A stretch of DNA of 64,000 bases from an uncultured Candidatus Poseidoniales archaeon (lineage in GTDB: Archaea; Thermoplasmatota; Poseidoniia; Poseidoniales; Poseidoniaceae), in NCBI GenBank assembly GCA_964412625.1, contig CAYPPO010000004.1:11480-75479 (forward strand). Direction: 5' to 3'. The notes under the pieces are model-generated. The model was not told the origin of the DNA, searched no databases, and saw only the letters and a program-made list of their open reading frames with translations. Position 1 is the first letter of the stretch; each line of letters starts with the position of its first letter. Below are positions 53,458 through 61,743 of the stretch, in pieces. The position numbers and the translations under genes are program-made.

Positions 53458-55254
53458 ATGTCGGACAACAATGATAAATCATTAGCGATTTTATTTGGCT
53501 CACAAACTGGAAATGCCGAAGAATTAGCAGAGAATACCAAGAAACTTGCCGACAAAGCAGGATTAGTTTCTCAAGTCTTTGACATGGATGGCCTCAGCGC
53601 CACAGACCTCTCATCGCACAAAAGGCTACTAATCATAACCTCAACATGGGGCGAAGGAGAAATGCCTGATAATGCAATAGATTTGTGGGAGTCGGTATGT
53701 TCAACATCTCCTCAATTAAACGGATTGCATTTTTCAGTCTGTGCGATTGGCGATACCTCATATGATGAGTTCTGTCAAGCAGGTATAGACTGGGATAATA
53801 AGTTGCATGAACTCGGTGCTAACAGGACAACTGATCTTCAACTGTGTGATGTTGATTTTGAGCCAGAATGGCAACAGTGGGTCGATAAGGCTGTACCTGC
53901 AATGGCGGCAGTGGTAATCTCATCTGCAGACCCTGAGCCAGCAGCAGAGTTAGAAGAAGAGGTACAGGAAATAACCGTAGCAGAGCCAAAAGTTAAGGAA
54001 GAAAAATCTGCTTGGAGCGCAAAGAATCCATATTTCACAAATATAGTAGAAAATTATGTTCTCAACGGCGCAGGGTCAAAGAAAGAAACGCGACATGTCG
54101 TGTTCGAACTTGGTGACTCTGGACTGGATTACAAAGTCGGAGATGCACTGGGTGTAGTCCCGGAAAATCCACCGCACATAGTAGAAGAATTAATTGAAAT
54201 TCAAGGCTGGGACCGAGATTACAAAGTAACAACCCACAACGGAGAAAGGTCGTTGTATGATGCATTAAAACTTGACTTTGAGGTGCACATGGCTAGCAAG
54301 AAGTTTGTTCAATCGCTGTCGGAAAAAATCATTTCAACTGGGTTGAAAATTACAGTTAAATTCGTCTCGAGAACTAGAGGCGGGCGAAAGTGGAATGCAA
54401 GTGAACAAGAGCTGTTGCCGCCCGAACTTACCGCAAACGCTCCTTCAGAGGAACCGAGTGAAAAATTAGAACACCTCACAAATGACGCAAAAGCGATGGA
54501 GGATTATCTATGGACGCGAGATTATGTCGATATTTTGCGAGAATTTGATGCTAAATATTCTCCCGAGGAATTCTTAGATCTAGCAGCTAGACTAAAACCA
54601 CGACTGTACTCTATTGCGTCCTCGCACGACGCACACCCTGGATTGGTGGAATTAACGGTGGGTATAGTTCGATTCAGCTACCACGGAAGAGATCGTGGCG
54701 GTCTATGCACTCAATTCATGGCCGACGAAATAGGCACATCAAGTAAGCGAGTTGGTGTGTTCATGTCGCCAACGAAGTCATTTGTCCTCCCCGAGGACAA
54801 AGATATCGACATCATAATGGTCGGACCGGGTACGGGCATAGCACCATTCAGAGCATTCATGGAACAACGAGTGTTCGATGGTGGAAAGGGTAGAAATTGG
54901 CTATTTTTCGGGGACCAATCGTCAAAAACCGAATTTTACTACAAGGATACTATTGAATCTTGGCTCGATAGTGGAGATTTGTACCGTTTTACAACAGCAT
55001 GGTCAAGAGATCAAGCCGAGAAGATTTATGTCCAACACAGACTAAAAGAACATGGTGCTGAGGTTTGGGAATGGTTTGAAAATGGTGCATATTTCTACAT
55101 TTGTGGTGATAAAACCTACATGGCAAAAGATGTACATCGTGCGCTAATTGAGATTGCGATAGAGCATGGCGGAATGTCAGAAGCAGATGCTACACACTTT
55201 ATTGAAAAGACAATGATGAAGGAACAGAAGCGATACCTTCGAGATGTCTACTAA
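53458..55254 (+). CDS. diflavin reductase (CysJ / NADPH-cytochrome P450 reductase-like: flavodoxin plus FAD/NADPH domains)
   Basis: Flavodoxin motif ILFGSQTGNAEELA, FAD motif RLYSIASS, NADPH motif MVGPGTGIAPFRAF, and the C-terminal tail RYLRDVY. ATG 53458 is preferred over the track's TTG 53440. Confidence 0.85.
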   Translation: MSDNNDKSLAILFGSQTGNAEELAENTKKLADKAGLVSQVFDMDGLSATDLSSHKRLLIITSTWGEGEMPDNAIDLWESVCSTSPQLNGLHFSVCAIGDTSYDEFCQAGIDWDNKLHELGANRTTDLQLCDVDFEPEWQQWVDKAVPAMAAVVISSADPEPAAELEEEVQEITVAEPKVKEEKSAWSAKNPYFTNIVENYVLNGAGSKKETRHVVFELGDSGLDYKVGDALGVVPENPPHIVEELIEIQGWDRDYKVTTHNGERSLYDALKLDFEVHMASKKFVQSLSEKIISTGLKITVKFVSRTRGGRKWNASEQELLPPELTANAPSEEPSEKLEHLTNDAKAMEDYLWTRDYVDILREFDAKYSPEEFLDLAARLKPRLYSIASSHDAHPGLVELTVGIVRFSYHGRDRGGLCTQFMADEIGTSSKRVGVFMSPTKSFVLPEDKDIDIIMVGPGTGIAPFRAFMEQRVFDGGKGRNWLFFGDQSSKTEFYYKDTIESWLDSGDLYRFTTAWSRDQAEKIYVQHRLKEHGAEVWEWFENGAYFYICGDKTYMAKDVHRALIEIAIEHGGMSEADATHFIEKTMMKEQKRYLRDVY

Positions 55255-55740
55255 TCACAAACCTTCTGTTGGCAAGTTCACCATTTTGACGGGTATACTC
55301 TCACTCATTGCAATGTCTATCATTCTTTTTGTCCAAACAGAATCAGGACCGGGAAATGCCAACATATGAGTGGCGTGTTTGAGCATTTCATCCGCTAGCG
55401 ATGCAATAGCTTCAGGCCGGCCACTATCCAATTCTGTATTGGGTCTTGGTGACTGCCAAGCCTCAGTGTAAACGGCTAATGGAATGTTTTGGTTATCAGC
55501 CCATCGCTCAGCTAAATAATCTACACCACTCGCCCCGCCAATAATTATCATATCAGGGTAAGCATGCTGCTCAACCCAATGGTCAAGTTGATCTTCAAGC
55601 CACGCATAATCATAAAATTTTGAATTCCCGCAAATGACTAAATTGATGATTCTGCCATCCTTATTCAAATCTTTACCGCCTAATGCGGCCACAATTTCCG
55701 CACCTGATTTGTCTATTTGGTCCATAATGGCCAATCTCAT
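55255..55740 (-). CDS. SLOG-superfamily protein (DUF2493/YspA-like Rossmannoid)
   Basis: 161 aa with VICGNSKF ... IIIGGASGVDYLAERWA, typical of the DUF2493/SLOG family. Tentative. Confidence 0.55.
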   Translation of the reverse strand: MRLAIMDQIDKSGAEIVAALGGKDLNKDGRIINLVICGNSKFYDYAWLEDQLDHWVEQHAYPDMIIIGGASGVDYLAERWADNQNIPLAVYTEAWQSPRPNTELDSGRPEAIASLADEMLKHATHMLAFPGPDSVWTKRMIDIAMSESIPVKMVNLPTEGL

Positions 55741-55904
55741 TACTACAATATTAATATAATCCTACAAAAGGGGTTAAAAATCCATAATCCGCCTAAAAAT
55801 GACCAAATTCCGTACTTAAACTCCGATATTCGGCGATGAAAATCCATTCAAAAATCACGATATTAACCGTTTTACTCATAGATTGCCGATGTTTCCGCTA
55901 GAAT

Positions 55905-57245
55905 ATGGGATTCAAGCGGGTCTTGATTGCAAACCGCGGCGAAATAGCGCTCAGAATTTTGCGAACACTGAGAGACATGGGCATAGAAGCAGCAATTATT
56001 CATGGTAAGGAAGACAGGTTGTCGCTACCGGTTATGCTGTCAGACGTCGCCTACCCAAATTATCGAACAAATCCGCTGGATTCTTATTTGGACATTGAAG
56101 CAGTTGTTAATGCTGCTAAGGAGTTAGAGTGTGATGCTGTTCATCCAGGATATGGTTTTTTGGCGGAGAATGCACAATTCGTCAAGCGACTCACAGAGGA
56201 AGGCATTACCTTCATTGGGCCATCCAGTGACGTAATTACTCTTCTTGGCGATAAAATAGAGGCTAGGGCTGCTATGGAAGCAGCGGGACTGCCAGTTGCT
56301 AAGGGTTCATCAGAACCGATATCCGATGAAAAAGTTGCTAGTGAATTGGCGGATGAGATTGGCTATCCCGTTATCATCAAGGCAGCTGCTGGTGGCGGAG
56401 GAATCGGTATGCAAATTGTTGAAGAAGAATCTCAATTTGCTAGTGCGCTGAAGCTGTGCATGTCACGAGCGAAATCGGCTTTTGGTGATGAGAGGGTATT
56501 TGTTGAAAAATACATACAAGGAGCTCAACATGTAGAATTCCAAGTGCTAGCTGATGGCAAGAATGCTATACATTTTGGTGAACGTTTCTGTTCCATTCAA
56601 AGGCGACATCAAAAACTGGTTGAAGAAGGTCCGTGGCTTTCTGATGAAAAGCGAGCAGAAATTGGGGATTTAGTCTGCAAAGGTGCTGAATCCGTCGGCT
56701 ACAAAGGCCTTGCAACATTTGAATTCCTGAGAGATTCCAGCGGTGATTTCTATTTCTTAGAAGTAAACCCCCGGGTGCAAGTTGAACATACTGTGACCGA
56801 ATTGATTACTGGACACAATTTGGTTGAGTTAGGAATCCGCGTTGCTCAAGGTGAAGATTTGCCCTTATCCCAAGACGAAATAAAATGGCGTGGTCACGCA
56901 ATACAATGTCGGCTAAACGCCGAAGATCCCAAACAATTCGTACCTAGCCCAGGTAGGCTTTGGGATTGCCACTTCCCATCAGGCTTTGGCATTAGGTGTG
57001 ACACACATGCCCACCCTGGATATGAGATGCCAGGTTGTTTTGATTCATTACTAGCCAAACTCTTGACGTGGGGTCATGATCGGGATGATGCTATCAGAAG
57101 AATGCGTACTGCGCTAGATGAGACTCAAATTACTGGAGTTCAACATCTTATACCACTTCACAGAAGGATAATGGATGAAAAGGATTTCTTGAATCGAGAT
57201 GTTACAATACAGTATATCGACAATCATCAAGAATTACTTGGATGA
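55905..57245 (+). CDS. accC: biotin carboxylase (ATP-grasp), stand-alone
   Basis: Blocks RVLIANRGEIALRILRT, GYPVIIKAAAGGGGIGM and NPRVQVEHTVTE. No BCCP or carboxyltransferase gene is adjacent in this window. Confidence 0.9.
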   Translation: MGFKRVLIANRGEIALRILRTLRDMGIEAAIIHGKEDRLSLPVMLSDVAYPNYRTNPLDSYLDIEAVVNAAKELECDAVHPGYGFLAENAQFVKRLTEEGITFIGPSSDVITLLGDKIEARAAMEAAGLPVAKGSSEPISDEKVASELADEIGYPVIIKAAAGGGGIGMQIVEEESQFASALKLCMSRAKSAFGDERVFVEKYIQGAQHVEFQVLADGKNAIHFGERFCSIQRRHQKLVEEGPWLSDEKRAEIGDLVCKGAESVGYKGLATFEFLRDSSGDFYFLEVNPRVQVEHTVTELITGHNLVELGIRVAQGEDLPLSQDEIKWRGHAIQCRLNAEDPKQFVPSPGRLWDCHFPSGFGIRCDTHAHPGYEMPGCFDSLLAKLLTWGHDRDDAIRRMRTALDETQITGVQHLIPLHRRIMDEKDFLNRDVTIQYIDNHQELLG

Positions 57246-57256
57246 GGTGAGATTGC

Positions 57257-58177
57257 TTGGATGTTTTGATGGTTGGAAGTATTGCTTATGATAGTGTAAC
57301 CTCGCCGGTAGGCAAGGTTGAAGATGCGCTAGGTGGTTCTGCGGTTTATGCTGGAATAGCGAGCCGTTTTCACGGTAATTATCTCGGGTTGGAGAAAATT
57401 GGCTTAGTCGGAGTTGTTGGACAAGATTTCAAGGCTACCGACATCGCTATGTTGGAGTCACAAGGATTAGATTTGACAGGTTTAGAAATCGCAGAGGGTA
57501 ATACGTTCCGTTGGGAAGGTTCCTATCATGGAGATATGGGAGTTGCTCAAACACATGATACTCAGTTGAATGTATTTGGTGACTTTGACCCCAAAGTGCC
57601 ATCTCAGTCAACAAGCCCGAAAGTTCTATTCTGTGCTAATTTAGTCCCTATATTGCAATCCAAAGTCCTAGAACAAGCCACAGGAACGCGCTTATCTATG
57701 TTAGATTCGATGAATCTATGGATCGAGATTGCCAAGGAAGATTTGTTATCCGTGATGAAAAGAGTCGATCTAATAATTATTAACGACGGTGAGGTTAGAA
57801 TGTTGGCTGAAGATGATAATCTAATCAGAGCATCTAGAACTTTGATTGAAATGGTTGGTTGTCAAACCCTTATCATAAAAAAGGGGGAGCATGGTGTAGT
57901 CGCATTCCATGACGGAGAGATAATTTCGTTGCCTGCTTATCCGACTGAGAATATAGTTGATCCTACTGGATGTGGTGATTCATTCGCTGGTACCATTGCC
58001 GCTTTTCTCGCCTCAAATGATGGTAAACTTACTAGAAATGAGTTGAGAGAAGCCCTAGTTAGAGCAACAGTGACCGCGAGTTTTACCTTGGAATCCTTTG
58101 GAACTTCTGGCCTATTAGCTTTGGATAATGAAATGTTTAGCTCAAGGCTCAATGAATTCGAAGCAATGTTAACATGA
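57257..58177 (+). CDS. PfkB-family carbohydrate/nucleoside kinase
   Basis: N-terminal GG motif (ALGGSAVYAG) and C-terminal DPTGCGDSFAG. A TTG start follows the SD GAGGTGA by 6 nt. Confidence 0.85.
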   Translation: MDVLMVGSIAYDSVTSPVGKVEDALGGSAVYAGIASRFHGNYLGLEKIGLVGVVGQDFKATDIAMLESQGLDLTGLEIAEGNTFRWEGSYHGDMGVAQTHDTQLNVFGDFDPKVPSQSTSPKVLFCANLVPILQSKVLEQATGTRLSMLDSMNLWIEIAKEDLLSVMKRVDLIIINDGEVRMLAEDDNLIRASRTLIEMVGCQTLIIKKGEHGVVAFHDGEIISLPAYPTENIVDPTGCGDSFAGTIAAFLASNDGKLTRNELREALVRATVTASFTLESFGTSGLLALDNEMFSSRLNEFEAMLT

Positions 58178-59812
58178 TTAAAGGTCAATCCTTGGAAGAC
58201 CGCCCTTGCCAGCAGTTGAATTTTTGTGAGCCTCGGTATCGATTAAATCAGTCCATGAAATATCATCGTCAGATTCGGCAAACTCTTGTTCATTCTGTTC
58301 AATCAAAGCCCTCCTTCGCCGAACGTTCTCTTCAAGTTCACGGGCTTTTTCGTCTGGTAGCGTTCCACCATTGCTCTGAGCTAAATTCCTGAAGGTATCA
58401 AGTTCTTCTTGCTGCGCTTCATCAGCTCTTTCCCTTAGGTTTGTGGATTGTGGGGCAGTTTCTTCTAAAGTGTTGATAATACGATTAGTAATTGAAGTGC
58501 TCAAATCTCTCATGGCATTGCCTATGGCAGGTACTAGCCTGCCCCTTCTTGTTGAACTACTGGTATTCACTCTTCGTTTGACAAGTCTAGAGTTATTGGC
58601 TGTGGTTTTCTTTCGCAGCCTAGAGTTTTGGTTGATTGGTAGGGCGTCGTTCGTTGGTAGTTGTCTGTGCGGGTTAGTCTCTCTTCTAGCGCTAGCAACC
58701 AGTGATTCCACCGGGTTTCCTTCGGTATCTAGGTTACCTAGTAATGTGTCCGGAGAGTTAAACTCGTCGAAATCTGTTGGCGGAGTTGGTTGGTTTATTT
58801 CGTTGGGGTTGTGATAACCTTCTTTATTCCAAAAACTCGGTATTAACTCTGGCATCTGTGAAGGGCCTGCTTCGTCACTTCTGAAGGTTTCATTACTTGA
58901 TATTAAACCCGGATTTTGGAAGCGATTGTCTGGTGAACTGTGAGGGTTGTTATTGATATTGGGCAAGTCTAAATCTAGTTTATTAAACATCGACATTGGG
59001 TGGTTTTCTTGCCTATTTCGTCGATCAGCCACATTCTCAATGCCTCGCTGAATCAAAGAATCTCCGCTAGTAGAAGTATTACGCTCCCGTCTTTCACTGG
59101 CTAACTCATGCCAGCTTGGAGTAGTCGTTTGAGGCGTCGCCGGGGGTGGCATTACAGAATCGAATATGCTAAGGTCCAGAGCAGGCGATAAATCAGGTTC
59201 AGGAGCAACAGATTCTGCTATATCACTTGAAAGAAAGGTTGCTATTGATTCAGGCCTAGAAACTGTCGCAATATTTACTGGAACATCATTTTGTTCTAAT
59301 ATTGAATTTCTTGGATATTGTGCATCTGTTTCAAGAATTTCTAAGCCATCCGCAGCCTCTTCTAGTGAGAATCCTTTTTGTAATTTTATTAAGATGGTGT
59401 TTAATTTCAATAAGGAGAAATCATTTCCGGTAATAACGTGGCAATCACCTGCCTCGGTGTCAATAGTTAATGTTGGTTTTCGAGTCACTGCCCACCCAAT
59501 CATAAGACTAAATCCGGCTAAAAGCGTGATAATTTGAAGAGTGGAAGACGCAAAGATTCTGATGCTTGACCAAACCAATGCCAGGCCGAGAGTTGCTACA
59601 TAGCCGGGAATTAACCTAGTGTGGTGATGGTGTACTCGATTAATGGTGTGAATTTTTATATCCAGTCCGTGCCCAGATTTCGACTCTAAACTTAGTATTT
59701 TTTCGTCGATATTTGCTACAACCTTACCAGACGCGCCATCGAGGTACAGCGAGTCGATTTTTACATCTTGTGACTCTGCCGATGAATATGCTACGCGACC
59801 TGTTGAGTGCAT
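58178..59812 (-). CDS. hypothetical protein: N-terminal membrane-embedded PH-like module and a long disordered, low-complexity C-terminal region
   Basis: 544 aa with two TM helices (aa ~70-115) flanked by beta-rich segments. The remainder is P/S/N/E-rich with no motif. Confidence 0.5.
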   Translation of the reverse strand: MHSTGRVAYSSAESQDVKIDSLYLDGASGKVVANIDEKILSLESKSGHGLDIKIHTINRVHHHHTRLIPGYVATLGLALVWSSIRIFASSTLQIITLLAGFSLMIGWAVTRKPTLTIDTEAGDCHVITGNDFSLLKLNTILIKLQKGFSLEEAADGLEILETDAQYPRNSILEQNDVPVNIATVSRPESIATFLSSDIAESVAPEPDLSPALDLSIFDSVMPPPATPQTTTPSWHELASERRERNTSTSGDSLIQRGIENVADRRNRQENHPMSMFNKLDLDLPNINNNPHSSPDNRFQNPGLISSNETFRSDEAGPSQMPELIPSFWNKEGYHNPNEINQPTPPTDFDEFNSPDTLLGNLDTEGNPVESLVASARRETNPHRQLPTNDALPINQNSRLRKKTTANNSRLVKRRVNTSSSTRRGRLVPAIGNAMRDLSTSITNRIINTLEETAPQSTNLRERADEAQQEELDTFRNLAQSNGGTLPDEKARELEENVRRRRALIEQNEQEFAESDDDISWTDLIDTEAHKNSTAGKGGLPRIDL

Positions 59813-59904
59813 CCTAATTGCTCAAGCAGACTGTGTAGGTTAAGAAACCACCGCAAAATTACCCCGCGAAACACCTTGTTTTATCGCCGAGAATTTTCGC
59901 CGCC

Positions 59905-60927
59905 TCACTCACTCAGTCGAATTATCGAGGAGCCGATAATTCTAGGCTTAGAATCCAATTGAGCAATAATTGCAGAGGCAGGATTTTCTCGTCTTACATA
60001 CACTGGAGAATCCCATTCCACAGTCAGTTTTTCACCATCAACAGACTTGATTCGGCCGACTGTGAACTGCAAGTCCACGCTGACGTGTACAACATCACCT
60101 TCGGTAAGTATTCGTTTTTGGAACGGTGATGTTGTCAAAGTTAATTCTGATATTTTATGCTCTACAACAGCTAACGGGATGTGAGTATTGGTTTTTTTGT
60201 CGTCAACAGCAGGCTTGACAATTATTGAACCGTTGCCCAGGGATTCTTCTTTAGCGCCTCTTATTGCTATTCCGACCCGATCGCCCGATTGGGCAGTTTG
60301 GACATCATCATCCATTACTTGTAGAGACTTGGTATTGCCACCTCCTTTTGATGGCAGTATGTGAAGTTCATCGTGGACTTTGAGAGTACCACATTGAACG
60401 TAACCAATTGCCACCAACCCAATACCTTTGACATTGAAATATTGATCGATACTAACCACCAATGGAGAGGCGGCAGAATTGGTTAATTCATCTTGAATTT
60501 CAGCCATTAAGTCATAAAGATGGTTACGAATATCTACACCATCCGGTGGCATGAACTTCCACTTATTCAAACCCGCCTGAGCGAACATTTTCTCTGCCAT
60601 TGCTTGGTCAACCCAATCGCCATCCTTCGGCCTAACTACCGCAATGCCAAACTCGATACTGGAACTAGCAAATGCGACCAGAACTTCACCTAGAGTTGCA
60701 TCGATAGCACTAATTTCGATAATGCCTACTCTCCCAGCCGAAATTGCGTTGAGTAATGGTCGTAATCGTTCGGGGTATCTAGCAGGCCTAATTATGGATA
60801 TTATTTTTGCAATACCTTCTTTACTCTCTTTGTGTACATAAGTATGAACATCACGTTGGTCGGTTGCTTTGGCAATTTCTTTCGCTAACTCATCACTACC
60901 AAACATGGCAACATTTAGTACCGTCAT
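59905..60927 (-). CDS. EF-Tu/SelB-like three-domain protein with a degenerate (non-GTPase) G domain
   Basis: The domain II beta-barrel is clear (KGIGLVAIGYVQCGTLKVHDELHILPS...GDRVGIAIRG). The N-terminal domain lacks G1 GxxxxGK(S/T), having NVAMFGSDELAKE instead. ATG 60927 is preceded by the SD GGTGGA. Confidence 0.6.
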   Translation of the reverse strand: MTVLNVAMFGSDELAKEIAKATDQRDVHTYVHKESKEGIAKIISIIRPARYPERLRPLLNAISAGRVGIIEISAIDATLGEVLVAFASSSIEFGIAVVRPKDGDWVDQAMAEKMFAQAGLNKWKFMPPDGVDIRNHLYDLMAEIQDELTNSAASPLVVSIDQYFNVKGIGLVAIGYVQCGTLKVHDELHILPSKGGGNTKSLQVMDDDVQTAQSGDRVGIAIRGAKEESLGNGSIIVKPAVDDKKTNTHIPLAVVEHKISELTLTTSPFQKRILTEGDVVHVSVDLQFTVGRIKSVDGEKLTVEWDSPVYVRRENPASAIIAQLDSKPRIIGSSIIRLSE

Positions 60928-60968
60928 AGCAGCTCCACCAGCAAATCTCAAATCAATTTACGGGCAAA

Positions 60969-61430
60969 TTATTCGGTTTTTTCCGTAATCATGTGGTTTC
61001 TTATTTTTTCTGCTTTATCCCATTCGATTTGTTCTTCATCAGTTTCAACAACAAATTGAGGAATGGGGATTGGCCGCATCATAGCATCAATCGCAACAAA
61101 GAAAAAATAGCCTTCACAGATTTTTTTCTTCTCCCAAGTGGCTTTATTTACTGCGAGTGCAGTTACCTTTGAGCACGCAGTGTGAGTACTTGTGTAGACC
61201 ACTTTGCCAGAGACTTCCAATAGATCACCCTGTCTTGCAGGGGCAATAAATTTCAGTGTATCGATTGAGATTGTCACAAACTCTCGGTGAGCGAATTTTG
61301 AACAAGAGATCCCACCAGCTTTGTCCATCATTGAAAGTAGTTTACCACCAAATAACGTGTCATGATCATTAGTATCTCCGGGAAATATATGTTCAATCAG
61401 GGTAACAGGCTCTTTTGAATAAGGCTTCAT
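60969..61430 (-). CDS. acyl-CoA thioesterase (hotdog fold, YciA/Acot-like)
   Basis: 153 aa with PGDTNDHDTLFGGKLLSMMD and a hotdog-fold pattern. Confidence 0.8.
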   Translation of the reverse strand: MKPYSKEPVTLIEHIFPGDTNDHDTLFGGKLLSMMDKAGGISCSKFAHREFVTISIDTLKFIAPARQGDLLEVSGKVVYTSTHTACSKVTALAVNKATWEKKKICEGYFFFVAIDAMMRPIPIPQFVVETDEEQIEWDKAEKIRNHMITEKTE

Positions 61431-61743
61431 GATGCTCGGATAGGTTACTAGTTCAAGAAGTCATGCTGTCAATTTGATATCATGCACTGGTTTCTAGCAG
61501 AATGTGGGTATACGGGAGGTTATCGATCGGCAACAGGCAAGTAGTCTCACTCTTGTGGTAGTTGATTTATCAGTTGGACACGCTAAATGCTGGGGGAAAT
61601 TACCGCGCGTGCGGGACGGCAATATTGCCTCGAGAAATCATATTCTGTTACAAAATTACCTAATTGAATCGTAAAGAGCCTTTTCATCACGAAAAAGCGA
61701 TGCATTTTAGGGGTAGAAGTCTTGGATAGTTACTGGCGATAGC

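Noticed and set aside
61601-61629. Small GC hairpin CCGC-GCGU-GCGG followed by the 12-bp perfect palindrome GGCAATATTGCC, in the 313-bp spacer between the thioesterase and giant-protein genes
   Set aside because: These are isolated short elements, and I could identify no tRNA, rRNA or riboswitch-like features. They may be a regulator site, but the evidence is too thin for a feature call.
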